The notes beneath the pieces were generated by a model. The model was given only the letters and a program-made list of their open reading frames with translations. It was not told the origin of the DNA and ran no database searches. From contig JAPPGE010000049.1 in the NCBI GenBank assembly GCA_028821455.1, positions 24,309 through 88,308 on the forward strand: a stretch of DNA of 64,000 bases. The letters are read 5' to 3'. A program made the position numbers and the translations under genes. Below, one piece after another: positions 49,558 through 59,595 of the stretch. How positions within the stretch are numbered: position 1 is the first letter of the stretch; every line of letters begins with the position of its first letter. Source of the DNA: a bacterium (lineage in GTDB: Bacteria; Pseudomonadota; Alphaproteobacteria; SP197).

Positions 49558-52500
49558 TCACATGGAAAGACCGCGACCGCGGCTCTGCGACCAGGACTGC
49601 CGGCGCCTTTCCTCCTCCTGGCGTTCCCGTTCCAGTCGCACGGAATCGTCCGGCTCGCCATGGGTGGTCCGCGTCTTCTCGAAGCGGGCGATCATCTCCT
49701 CCAGGACCTGCCGCGTATCCGCGCCGTCGTGGAGAACCACGGCAACGTCCCGGTCGCCGCCGGCCAGAATCGTGCGGACCCGGTCTTCCAGGTTCCGGGA
49801 CTCGTCGCACCACACTTCCCAGGCCAGGCTCTGCTGCAGGGTGAGGTCCTCGCGCCGTGCCCGAGCCCCGAGGAACAGCGTGTCGCCGTCGTGGGCCTTC
49901 AGATCGTCGAGAAGGCCGGCGACCTTGTTCCGGGTTTGCATGAGTGCCTGGTATCTGTTGATCTCGCCGCGGAGCGCCACGCGCCGCGGGTCGTTCTCCT
50001 TCAGGCCCGCGTCGAGGCGCTGCATCTCGGAGACGATCCCGGCGTACTCGTCCGTCATGGCCGGATGCACGGCGGCCCCGGCCCTGACCGCGTTGTCGTG
50101 GAGACGCAGCAGCAGCCACCCCGGCAGACCGTCGAGGCGGCCGCTGGCCGCAAACTCAGCCCCGACGCGCCGGGCCACGCCCGTCTTGTCGAGGTGAGCG
50201 AGCAGCGCGGCGTCGGTGGCATCGATGTCGGCCGCCACCGCTGCGGCTGCATCCCGCCAGCGCTTCCAGTCCCTGTTGAAGCGGCGGTTGAGCGGCCGGG
50301 ACTTCTTGCCCTCGCGCTTCAGCAGGGAGCGCCGCATGACATCGACCTCCCTCGCCCGGACGATGAGTTCGCTCGCCCGGGCATGGGCCCGTTCGTGCTC
50401 GGCCAGCCGTTCGAGCGCGGGTTTGAGAACCTGGGGCATCATGGCGTGGAGGGGTGAACCGGCCTGAAGCGCGTTGAGCTTCGCCGCCAGGGCTTCGCCC
50501 CTGGCCCCGAGGAAGGGGTTCGTTTGCCTTGTCGGACGCCGGGTGGTCAACCATGCGTGGACAACTTCGTAGGCGCGCTTTTCGAAGGCGATGAGGTCCT
50601 CGAGGACCGCCGCCCTGTTCGACAGCAGCGGATCGGCCTGGCCGGGGTCCATCGCCGCCCGCCAGGTGTCGAGGGCCTCCCGGGTCTCGCGGCACCAATC
50701 GGCGATGTTCGAAAGCTGACCGGCCGTCTCCCTGGCTGGCGCGTGGCAGGCACGGTAGTCCTCGAGGGCGCGCTCGATCCGCGCCGCCGCCTGGTCGCGT
50801 TCCGCGATCCACGCCTCGTGGCGGCCGAGGGCGCCAAGCGCCCGCCGGAGCGACGGCAGCAGCTCCCCATGGCGCGGCAGACCGGCCTCGAGAGCGCGCA
50901 GGTCCCGGGCCAGGGCTTCGCCGCCGGGCGTCAGGAAGGGGCGCATCGTGGCATGGGTGATGACGGCGCGGCTGGCATCGTTCCACCTCACGCGAAGATC
51001 GCGGGCGCGTTCCTCGAAGGCGATGAGATCCTCAAGGACCGCCGCCGTCTCCGACAGCGCCGGAGCCCGTCCGTCGGTCTCCGTCAGGGCGCGCCAGGTC
51101 TCGATGGCCTCCCTCGTCCCGTCGCACCAGGCGCCGAGCTCTTCCACCTGCTCAAGGAGTCTCTCGCGGATGCGTTCGTGGCACGCCGCGTAGTCGTCCA
51201 GGGCGCCTGCCACCACGGCGGCCGCGCGCTGGATTGTCTCGTTCCGGGCGACCGCTGATCCGTGGTCGTCGAGGTCCGCCAGCGCCTGCCGGAGGTCGGG
51301 CAGCAGCACCCCGTGGCGAGGGAGAGCGGCTTCCAGCGCCTTGAGGTTCCGGGCCAGGGTTTCGCCTTCGGGTGTCAGGAAGGGCGACGCCAGAGCGCCG
51401 GCGATGCCGGCCAGGACGGCGCCGTTCCACCGGTTGAGAAGGTCCCCGGCGCGTTCCTCGAAGGCGATCAGATTCTCAAGATCGGCGGCCATGGCCGCCA
51501 GCGCCGGATCCCTCATCTCCGCTTCCGTCAGGACCCGCCATGTGTCGATCGCATCCCTGGTCTCAGCACACCAGGCGCTCAAGTTCCGGACCTGCTCACG
51601 GGGACTCTCGCCGACATGCGCGTGGCGGGCGGCATAGTCGTCGAGGGCTCCGGCCACCGCGGCGACCGCGCGTTGCCGCTCCTCGTTCCGGGCGAGCGCC
51701 GTCTCGTGGTCGTCCAGTTCCCGTGAGGCCTGCCGCAGGACGGACAGCATCACGGCGTGATCGGGGACATCGGCCTCCAGCGCACGCAGGTCGGCGGCCA
51801 GGGTCTCGCCGTCAACCCCGGCGAACGGATTGGCCGTGCGATCGTCGCCCCTGGCGTTTCCCAACCTGACGGCCAGATCGAGGGCGCGTTCCTCGAAGGC
51901 GACGATGCCCTTGAGGATCGCCGCCGTCTCCGACAATGCCGGATCCATCTCGCCCGCCGCCGTCATGAACTGCCAGGCTTCGATGGCCGCCTTCGTCTCG
52001 CCGCACCATGCGCTGATGACGGAGAGCTGCCTCGCCGAGTCATCCATCGGCTGGTGGCAGGCGCGCCAGGCGTCGAGACCCCGTGCGATGGCAGCAGCTG
52101 CGCGTTGCCGCTCCTCGTTCCAGGCGACTGCCGTCTCGTGATCGTCGAGTTCCCGGGACGCCTGCCGCAGCGCGGGCAGCATCGCGGCGTGATCCGGAAG
52201 ACCGGCCTCGAGCGCTCGCAGGTCCGCGGCCAGGGCATCGCCGTCAACCCCGGCGAACGGGTTGGCCGTTCCGTCATCGCCCTTGGCGTTCCGCAGCCTG
52301 GAAGCCACGTCGAGGGCGCGTTCCTCGAAGGCGACGAGGTTCTCAAGGTCAGCGGCCATGGCCGACAGCGCTGGATCCCTCTCGTCGGCCACCGTCAGGG
52401 ACCGCCAGGTCTCGATGGCCGCCTTCATCCCGTCGCGCCACACCCCGATGCCGGAGAGCTGGCTGGCCGTGTCATCCATCGGTGCCTGACAAGCGCGATA

Positions 52501-55500
52501 TGCGTCGAGACCCCGTGCGATGGCGGCCGCCGCCGTCTCCCGTTCCGCGCTCCGCGCCCGGTGGCGGGCGAGGATCGCTGTCAGAACCTCAAGCGGTTCC
52601 TCGCCCTCGGGTGGGTCGCCGGCGAGTTGGCGGATTCGCGTGAGAAGCGGTTCACCTGCGCCCATGTCGACCGCGTCCACGCCCCGGGCGCGCGCCTCGG
52701 CCTCGAAGACGGACCAGTCGGCGACCACCGCCGCCGCCTCGTCGTCATGATCGAAGGCTTGCGTGAGACGGAGCATGTCGTCGAGACCGCGCTGTTCCCG
52801 CATCCCATCCCGGACCACCGCCTTCGGAAAGTCGGCGCTGGCGGCCTCGGCCCGTTCCCGCCACGCGGCGTAACCGGCGAGTGCATGAAGGGGCCCGCCC
52901 TGCGCCTCGGCCCTCAGCGCCTGCCGCTCGTCCTCCACGGCGTGAAGTGCCTGTTCCGCCCGGTCGAGCCGGGCCACGATTTCAGCCTCGGCCCGCGCCG
53001 CCGCCTCGTCCTCTGCCCGGTGCGCCGCCGTGACCTCGTCCAGGAACGAGGGGAGACCCCGGGGAACATCCGCCGGACGTGGGGCCGTCTCCACGAGGGC
53101 CCGGCCGCGGGCGACCAGCTCGCCGATTCCGGGATGGAAGGCGACGTCCTCTCCGGCCGCGCCGGCCTCCCGCACATGGCGCTGCAGGTCACAGGTGAAG
53201 GCGTCCAGGCGGTCGTCGAAGGCCACAAGACTCGCGAGGAGATCCGCCTTGCCGGCGCCGCCCTCATGACTGCCCGCCTCGTCGCGCCACGCCTCGACCG
53301 CCGCCCGCGCCCGCCCGCGCCATGCCGCGTGGTCCGCCTCGACGGCCAGGGCCGGGGTCGCTTGAAGGCCGGGACGGCGGCCGGCCAGCGCCTCGCGTTC
53401 GGCGAGACGATCGTCGAGACGACTCTCGATGGCAGCGCGGACTTCCTCATTCCAGGCCCTCGCGTCGCCCAGGACCTCTGGCGGAACCGCGTCCTTCGCC
53501 ACCACGGCCACCTCCGGCGCATCGTCCCGGAACTGCTGGCCGATCGCCTCGAGAGCCGAGAGCTCGTCTCCCGTCGCCGTCTCCAGGGCCTCCACCAGGC
53601 CGTCGCGGTCGTCGGTCAGCAGCACCGCGTTGTCGCGCGCCCGCGTCAGCTCGACGTAGAACGCCGCCTGGCCGGCGATGGCGCCCTGGTTGGCGTCGAG
53701 AACCGCGATCACCTGGTCGCAGGTGATCCCCTGGGCCGCGTGCACCGTCGAGGTCCAGGCATGGTCGATGAAGTGAAGCTGGGAATCGTCGTGGGCCATG
53801 ACGAGATCGCGGCCGTCGGCGGTGCGAAGCCTCAGGTTCTTCCGTCCGATGGAGAGGATCCGCGCCTCCTCGCCGTTCAGAAGCGCGCGGTCCCTGTCGT
53901 TGCGCGTCCAGCGGATCTTCTCGCCGGCCTGGAGTTCGATCGTGTCCGTCTCGAAGAGATCGACCCGGTAGCGCAGATACTTCGACGGATCGGCCCGCCG
54001 GGTCCTGCCGTCCGGGTGCTTGAGCAGAACCTTCTCCTCTTCCGAGCCGATCACCTCGAAGATGTCGCCCGACTTCGCCTGGACGCCGTAGACCTGCGCG
54101 TGGAACACTGCCACGTCGCCCTCGCGCCAGTTGGCGAGATCCCCTTTCTGGGCCCGGGTGAGGTGAAGGTTGACGTAGCGCTCCACCTCGATCGTGCGAC
54201 CGTGGAGGCTCCCTTCGGCCCTCAGGCCCTCTCGGATGCTGTCGGTGATCTCGCGGCGCAGCAGGTGGGTCGGGGCCAGCACCGCCGTGGCGTCGCGCTC
54301 TGATGCGTCGAGATCGAGCCACAGGGCCGCGGCTCTGGAACCGAGTTCTTGCCCGTCCATCTCCAGGACGCCGGGACCGAGTTCGTCGAGGGCGAGATCC
54401 GGCTTGCCCTCGATCATGTGAAGCACCGCCGCCTTCAAACCCTCGTTGCGCTGGCGCAGCACCTCGTCCATCACCGCCGTCTCCATGCCGGACTTCTGCA
54501 GCACCCGGAAGGGCTGTCCGGCCTCCACCGAGCGCAGCTGCGCCGTGTCGCCCACCAGGGCGACCCGGGCGATCCCCGTCGCCTCGGCGATGCGGGCGAG
54601 ACTGTGCATCTGCGCCATGCTGACCAGCGACGCCTCGTCCACCACCAGGAGCGTGCCTTCCAGGGCCGCTCTGGCCGTCTCGAGGGCCTCCTCGTCGGCG
54701 CAACCGTCGCCGACGTCCCGGTAGCGGGTGAGGAACCATTGCAGCGTCTTCGTGCCGAGCCCGGTCTCGCGGCTGAGCGTGCGCGCCGCGCTGCTCGAGG
54801 GGGCCAGGGCGACGATCCGCTCCGCCCCTGCGAGTTCCACCACCTCTCTCAGCATCGTCGTCTTGCCGGTGCCGGCGTGGCCCTGCACCCCGCAGGCGTG
54901 GCGGGGCGACAGCAGCAGGGTTCGCACGGCCGACTTCTGACCGGCGTTGAGGGCACCGGCGGCGAGGTGGCGCTCGACCTCCGCGGCGTCGATCCCGAAG
55001 TCGCCTGCGGCGTCGCTCTCCTTCTTCATCCAGCGAACGACGGCACGCTCGGCCTTGACCGCCCGGTCGGTGACGAAGGCGAGATCGGAGCGCGCCTTGA
55101 TTGCTTCGACGAGGTGGCCCTCCTCGCGCATCCGGGCGATGGCCGCATCGATCTCCGGCAGCGTCCACTGACCCGGCGCCAGGACCAGAGCCCGCAGCAT
55201 GGTGGCGGTGAAGACCGTGCGCCGCTCCTCGAGATGCTCCACCGCCTGCCTTACTGCGTGAAGCGCCGAGGGAGACCGCCGGTTCGCGGCATCCCGGCGT
55301 CTGAGGTGCCAGCGCTCCAGATCCGCCTGCGAACGGGTCGCCGGGCGGTTGCGGGCGACGCGCCGGTTGCGGGGCTCCATCTCCGCCATCCGTGCCTGCC
55401 AGATGCGGGTGAGCTCCTCGCGCGACGGCTCGTCTTTGCGCTTGCGGGTGTAGAGCACCGCCTGCTGCATCACGGCGGCGGAGGCCGTATCGAGGTTGCG

Positions 55501-56268
55501 TTCCCGCGCCCACGCCAGGGCTTGAGCCCGGCGGGTCGAGAAGGCCCTCAGCGTCGCCTTGCCGTAGCCGGCGATCTCGAAACCCGGCACGCTGCCCACC
55601 ATGGTCTGCTCCGTGGCGTAGCCCAGGGCCTCCAGCCGGCGTTTGAGTTCGCCGCGGTAGTGAGCGCCGATCAGGTGCTTCGCGCGTTCGATCTTGATGA
55701 AGTCGGCGCTTCGCCATTCGCCCTGGCTGTTCTGCGTCATGTTGGCGACGACGCTGTGCGTGTGGAGCTGCGGATCGAGGTTGCGGCTGGCGACGTGGCG
55801 GAAGGTCGCCGCCACCAGGCCATGGCCCCTGATGCGGGGACGCCTGCGGGTCGCCGGGTCCCAGCCCCGGGTCTCCAGAAGCTCGTTCTCGATGAAGTCC
55901 AGCGTCGCCGTCACCGCCTCGTCGTGGGCGCGGATGATCCGGGCTGACGCCTTCGGCGCGGCGTGGACCAGGGCTTCCAGCGATACCGACTTCGGGGCCG
56001 AGAATGTGATGTCGAGACCGGGACGGTGCTCGTGTTTGCCGTCCCGCAGGCGGCCGAGGCGGGTGGTCGTGCCGGGGATGCGGCCGGAGAGGACCTCTTC
56101 GAAGCGTTTGGATTTGACGGGGCCGTGAAGGCCCAGGGCCGCCACGGCCTTGCCGTGCCAACGGCTCGCCTTGCGATGCTCCGGATCGTGTTTGGTGTAG
56201 TAGCCGTCCGCCTCGAAGTAGTGGACCGTCGATGCGGCTTCACTGAGACGGGTGACGGTGGCAACCAT
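49558..56268 (-). CDS. MOBF (TrwC/TraI-like) conjugative relaxase-helicase with a long C-terminal repeat region
   Basis: YFEADGYY, DITFSAPKSVS, H..SRNLDPQLHTH (HUH); helicase GHAGTGKTT, VDEAS, GD..QL, TVHAAQG, YVELTRAR; basic C-terminus RGRGLSM. Confidence 0.93.
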   Translation of the reverse strand: MVATVTRLSEAASTVHYFEADGYYTKHDPEHRKASRWHGKAVAALGLHGPVKSKRFEEVLSGRIPGTTTRLGRLRDGKHEHRPGLDITFSAPKSVSLEALVHAAPKASARIIRAHDEAVTATLDFIENELLETRGWDPATRRRPRIRGHGLVAATFRHVASRNLDPQLHTHSVVANMTQNSQGEWRSADFIKIERAKHLIGAHYRGELKRRLEALGYATEQTMVGSVPGFEIAGYGKATLRAFSTRRAQALAWARERNLDTASAAVMQQAVLYTRKRKDEPSREELTRIWQARMAEMEPRNRRVARNRPATRSQADLERWHLRRRDAANRRSPSALHAVRQAVEHLEERRTVFTATMLRALVLAPGQWTLPEIDAAIARMREEGHLVEAIKARSDLAFVTDRAVKAERAVVRWMKKESDAAGDFGIDAAEVERHLAAGALNAGQKSAVRTLLLSPRHACGVQGHAGTGKTTMLREVVELAGAERIVALAPSSSAARTLSRETGLGTKTLQWFLTRYRDVGDGCADEEALETARAALEGTLLVVDEASLVSMAQMHSLARIAEATGIARVALVGDTAQLRSVEAGQPFRVLQKSGMETAVMDEVLRQRNEGLKAAVLHMIEGKPDLALDELGPGVLEMDGQELGSRAAALWLDLDASERDATAVLAPTHLLRREITDSIREGLRAEGSLHGRTIEVERYVNLHLTRAQKGDLANWREGDVAVFHAQVYGVQAKSGDIFEVIGSEEEKVLLKHPDGRTRRADPSKYLRYRVDLFETDTIELQAGEKIRWTRNDRDRALLNGEEARILSIGRKNLRLRTADGRDLVMAHDDSQLHFIDHAWTSTVHAAQGITCDQVIAVLDANQGAIAGQAAFYVELTRARDNAVLLTDDRDGLVEALETATGDELSALEAIGQQFRDDAPEVAVVAKDAVPPEVLGDARAWNEEVRAAIESRLDDRLAEREALAGRRPGLQATPALAVEADHAAWRGRARAAVEAWRDEAGSHEGGAGKADLLASLVAFDDRLDAFTCDLQRHVREAGAAGEDVAFHPGIGELVARGRALVETAPRPADVPRGLPSFLDEVTAAHRAEDEAAARAEAEIVARLDRAEQALHAVEDERQALRAEAQGGPLHALAGYAAWRERAEAASADFPKAVVRDGMREQRGLDDMLRLTQAFDHDDEAAAVVADWSVFEAEARARGVDAVDMGAGEPLLTRIRQLAGDPPEGEEPLEVLTAILARHRARSAERETAAAAIARGLDAYRACQAPMDDTASQLSGIGVWRDGMKAAIETWRSLTVADERDPALSAMAADLENLVAFEERALDVASRLRNAKGDDGTANPFAGVDGDALAADLRALEAGLPDHAAMLPALRQASRELDDHETAVAWNEERQRAAAAIARGLDAWRACHQPMDDSARQLSVISAWCGETKAAIEAWQFMTAAGEMDPALSETAAILKGIVAFEERALDLAVRLGNARGDDRTANPFAGVDGETLAADLRALEADVPDHAVMLSVLRQASRELDDHETALARNEERQRAVAAVAGALDDYAARHAHVGESPREQVRNLSAWCAETRDAIDTWRVLTEAEMRDPALAAMAADLENLIAFEERAGDLLNRWNGAVLAGIAGALASPFLTPEGETLARNLKALEAALPRHGVLLPDLRQALADLDDHGSAVARNETIQRAAAVVAGALDDYAACHERIRERLLEQVEELGAWCDGTREAIETWRALTETDGRAPALSETAAVLEDLIAFEERARDLRVRWNDASRAVITHATMRPFLTPGGEALARDLRALEAGLPRHGELLPSLRRALGALGRHEAWIAERDQAAARIERALEDYRACHAPARETAGQLSNIADWCRETREALDTWRAAMDPGQADPLLSNRAAVLEDLIAFEKRAYEVVHAWLTTRRPTRQTNPFLGARGEALAAKLNALQAGSPLHAMMPQVLKPALERLAEHERAHARASELIVRAREVDVMRRSLLKREGKKSRPLNRRFNRDWKRWRDAAAAVAADIDATDAALLAHLDKTGVARRVGAEFAASGRLDGLPGWLLLRLHDNAVRAGAAVHPAMTDEYAGIVSEMQRLDAGLKENDPRRVALRGEINRYQALMQTRNKVAGLLDDLKAHDGDTLFLGARARREDLTLQQSLAWEVWCDESRNLEDRVRTILAGGDRDVAVVLHDGADTRQVLEEMIARFEKTRTTHGEPDDSVRLERERQEEERRRQSWSQSRGRGLSM
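50385..52535 (-). repeat. Five tandem intragenic repeats of about 432-444 bp (144-148 aa) in the relaxase
   Basis: Recurring A..LD.Y.AC..W....AI.TW....DP.L...AA.LE.L.AFEERA...PF....G..LA..L.ALEA..P.H. Confidence 0.88.
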
Positions 56269-56391
56269 GACCGGGAGTGTAACGCATTGGAGGGGAAGAC
56301 GGCATGACGCCGGACAGGACTGATGATCACCGCATCGCTGCGGAGCTTCGGCACCGTCAGCTCAGGTGGTCACGCATGACATGGATGCGCG

Positions 56392-56564
56392 GAGCAACGT
56401 TGCTCGCGAACCATCAGCCCTCACGGTCCGCTGCAACGTTCCGCGATGGATCGGGAAGCTCAAGGAGGGGTACGTGGAGAGAGCAGCACACATCGTGTCC
56501 GAAGCGGCTCGCCTTCCCTGACCTCCAGGTTGTCGCTATACACGGACACCCATCGCACACGCAC
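56392..56564 (-). promoter_or_regulatory. Candidate oriT: palindrome plus MOBF-like nic sequence upstream of the relaxase
   Basis: Palindrome GAGCAACGTTGCTC (56392-56405); minus strand GTGCGTGTGCGATGGGTGTCCGTGTATAGC (56564-56535). Confidence 0.4.
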
Positions 56565-56974
56565 TGACGGGCAGGAGACGCACACCGTATGGACAGAACG
56601 ACGGTCGACCCGTGACCGCGGTCGCCGAAGTTTGACTACAATCAAGCTGAATTCCTCAAAGGAGGCAGCAGAAATCTGGTCTGTGCAGGCCGGTCCTCGG
56701 TCGATGCTGGAGGCAACCCGCAGCACGACAGCCACATCCGGAACCTGGACGGCACCTGCGGGCTGTCGGGGGGGGGGGCCTCACGTCCATGTTCCAACCG
56801 CCTTTCGGAGGCGATTGCGATCACGGTGGCGAGACACGGAAGGAATCAGGGGATGACGACAAGGGCGCTGCCGACGGGGGCCGCCAACGGATCCGGGCAC
56901 GAGACCCATGCGGCACAGGACGGGGAGGTTGTTGAAGAGGAGGCCGTGTTTCAGGGAACCGGAGGTGAGGAAGA

Positions 56975-58186
56975 ATGACGACGCCAGTGACACCGGACCG
57001 TCATGGCGCCGCGGTCGCATCGGCGATCCGCCTGACGGCCTGCTGCCTTGCCTGCTGGTTGACCGTGCTGGCGCTTTCCGGACCCGGTGCTGCGGAATCG
57101 GGGGTGGACGGGACCTCGATCACCTTCGGTCAAAGCGCGGTCTTTTCGGGTCAGAACCGGATTCTGGGCCGGGACTATCGCGCCGGCATCCTGGCAGCCT
57201 TTCGTGAAAGAAACCTGGAGGGCGGCGTTGCCGGCCGCACGCTGAGCCTCATCGCCCACGACGATGCCTACGAACCTGATCTGGCCGCGCGGAATGCGGA
57301 ACGTTTTGTCGCCGACAACAATGTCTTCGCTGTCATCGGCGGTGTCGGCACTCCAACCGCCAGGCGCATTGCGCCGGTGCTCCGGTCCGCGGACATTCCC
57401 TTCGTGGGGCAGCTGACCGGCGCAGATTTCCTGCGCGACGCCGAACGCTTTCCCGGCGTCATCAACCTCAGGTCGGGCTACATGGACGAGATCCGGCTGC
57501 TGGTGGACTATCTCGTTCGTGAACGGGGCAAAAGCCGCTTTGGAATCATCTATCAGGACGATGCCTTCGGACGTTCCGTTCTGCAGAACTACCTGACCGT
57601 CCTCGAAGAGTACGATCTGCCGCTTCTTGCAAAGACCGGATACTCGAGAAACACGCACGCCGTCCATGCCACCCTGTTCTCGGCGGCGCAGGTGGAACCC
57701 GACACGATACTCGTGGTCGGTTCCTACGCGGCGAACGCCGAGATCATCAATCTCGCCGAAACACTGGGTCACGAGTACATCATGGCTAACCTGTCCTTCG
57801 TCCTGTCCCATGAACTGAAGAAACGAATTGACGAGCCGAGCGAGCGTGTTCTGGTGACCGAAGTGGTCCCGGACGCCACGGACACCTCCATGAAAATCGT
57901 CAGGCGCTACCAGGACGCCATGAGGACTGAATTTGCGGATCGGGAGTTCAACGAAGCGTCCCTGGAAGGTTACATCCTCGGACGCTTTGTCATCGCCGTT
58001 CTTGAGCGCATGGAAGGCGAATGGACACGGGATCTCTTCATGCAACAGGCCCTTCGTTCCGGACCTTTCCATATCGACGACTGGACGGTGGAGTTTCAGC
58101 CGGGAGGGAACACGGGTTCGACCTACATCCGACTCACCGACCTAGGCGAGATGACGAGGGGAGACCGAGCCGGCGAAGAAGGTTGA
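56975..58186 (+). CDS. LivJ-fold periplasmic substrate-binding protein, paralog of 491-1672
   Basis: Signal peptide; colinear motifs FGQS..FSG, GGVGTPT, LTGADFL, QDD.FGR, HAVH, SLEGYI.GRF, HIDDW. Confidence 0.87.
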   Translation: MTTPVTPDRHGAAVASAIRLTACCLACWLTVLALSGPGAAESGVDGTSITFGQSAVFSGQNRILGRDYRAGILAAFRERNLEGGVAGRTLSLIAHDDAYEPDLAARNAERFVADNNVFAVIGGVGTPTARRIAPVLRSADIPFVGQLTGADFLRDAERFPGVINLRSGYMDEIRLLVDYLVRERGKSRFGIIYQDDAFGRSVLQNYLTVLEEYDLPLLAKTGYSRNTHAVHATLFSAAQVEPDTILVVGSYAANAEIINLAETLGHEYIMANLSFVLSHELKKRIDEPSERVLVTEVVPDATDTSMKIVRRYQDAMRTEFADREFNEASLEGYILGRFVIAVLERMEGEWTRDLFMQQALRSGPFHIDDWTVEFQPGGNTGSTYIRLTDLGEMTRGDRAGEEG

Positions 58187-58415
58187 CGGGTTCTCCCTGG
58201 AAGAAACCTCAGGGGAATGGCTCCGGGAACTCTGCAAGGTGGTGGCGCAACGCCGTGGGGTCGTGTTCAGGCTCATCATGGAGTCCATTCGTCCCCTGCT
58301 CTTCGGCGACGGCGGCAGCACGGTTCGATGGCAGCATGGTCGAAATGCCCGTGCGGGAACGCGAAAGATACACTGCTTGCTCCTTGACGTTCGAGGAAGT
58401 GAGAATGACGTCTGA
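58173..58415 (+). pseudogene. Truncated, start-less paralog of the membrane protein at 6-494
   Basis: Translates (A)KKVDGFSLEETSGEWLRELCKVVAQRRGVVFRLIMESIRPLLFGDGG versus MKKLHDFSLEETGEEWLREGYKVVAMRRNVMFRMLLESVRLLLFGNAGG; GCG replaces GTG; similarity stops after about 48 codons. Confidence 0.8.
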
Positions 58416-58559
58416 GCTGTCTTGCAGCGTGGTCTTGCGGTTCCGGGAAAGAGCGCAGACAGGGGCTGGATACAGCATCCCGGATCCCGGACTGTCCGGT
58501 CAGGTTCGGTTTCGTCGGCAGACTGTTGATCGAGGTTCATGCGCGAGGGGGTTGCGGGA

Positions 58560-59411
58560 ATGTCACGCCGGTTTCGCCTTGAAGGAGCGGTATCGCGGCC
58601 CGCAGGCCGCATCAACGACGATGCGTTTGACGCGTTGGATCGCATTGCATGGGTACTGGACGGGGCTACGGGCATCTCGCCGGATCGTCTGCTTCCGGGA
58701 CAAGGCGATGCAAACTGGTTTTGCGGCACACTCCGGAAATGCCTGCGGGAGGCGGCCGGCAGTGCGGGATCGAACCGGATCATGTTGGAAATGGCTCTCT
58801 CGAAAACGTCGGCGAGCTTTCAGCGGTTCAAGAAGCGAGAAGAGAAAGACCGGGCCGAATTGCCGGCGGCGAGTTGCGCAATGGCTGCGATCCGGGATGG
58901 TCTCATCGAGATATCGGTCATCGGTGACTGCACGGTGTTTCTCGACGACGGCCATGGCGGCATCGAAAAAATCTCCGATCAACGGGTCAGGCGGTATGAC
59001 GATGCCGTTGTGGACGGGATAGTTCAACTCATGGAGGGCGGGAACGTATCCTATGCCGAGGCGCTGGAACGTGCCAGGTCGACCATTTGGCGTAACCGTG
59101 AAATCCGCAATCGCGATACAACGTATTGGGTGCTCGAGCCAAATGTCGGTTCGCTGAAAGGAGTCATGACATCGACGCATGATCTTTCACGAGCGAAGCG
59201 GCTCGTGATGATGACCGATGGATTCTACCGGCTCGTGGACAGTTATGGCGCATACACCGACGATGGTTTGCTTGAAGCCGTTATGGAACAAGGTTGTCAC
59301 GCGCTTTGCTCGGAACTTCGACAGATCGAGGGAGGTGACACCGAGTGTCGACGATATGTTCGGATCAAGGCCTGCGATGACGCGTCCTGTGTGGTGCTTT
59401 CTGTCGAATGA
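58560..59411 (+). CDS. PP2C-like (PPM) phosphatase domain protein
   Basis: NDD, VLDGATG, IGDC, MTDGF, DDAS metal-binding motifs. Confidence 0.82.
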   Translation: MSRRFRLEGAVSRPAGRINDDAFDALDRIAWVLDGATGISPDRLLPGQGDANWFCGTLRKCLREAAGSAGSNRIMLEMALSKTSASFQRFKKREEKDRAELPAASCAMAAIRDGLIEISVIGDCTVFLDDGHGGIEKISDQRVRRYDDAVVDGIVQLMEGGNVSYAEALERARSTIWRNREIRNRDTTYWVLEPNVGSLKGVMTSTHDLSRAKRLVMMTDGFYRLVDSYGAYTDDGLLEAVMEQGCHALCSELRQIEGGDTECRRYVRIKACDDASCVVLSVE

Positions 59412-59595
59412 TGGTGGGTGCTGAATGATCCGTGGTCTGACGGAGAGCAAGGAAGCGGGGCCATATGCCCGAATTGTACGCACGGACAACTGCGGGCCGT
59501 GTCGGCCAGTGGACCGACTCTGGAGACAGTCCTGACCTTGCAGCTCGGTACCTCGGCACCCAATACTGCCACCGGCGAGAGCGGGACAGGGTGTC

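Noticed and set aside
51757-56161. 848-aa plus-strand, 532-aa plus-strand and 904-aa alternative-frame ORFs
   Set aside because: They overlap the motif-rich relaxase and have shadow-frame or Arg/Pro/Gly-rich composition.
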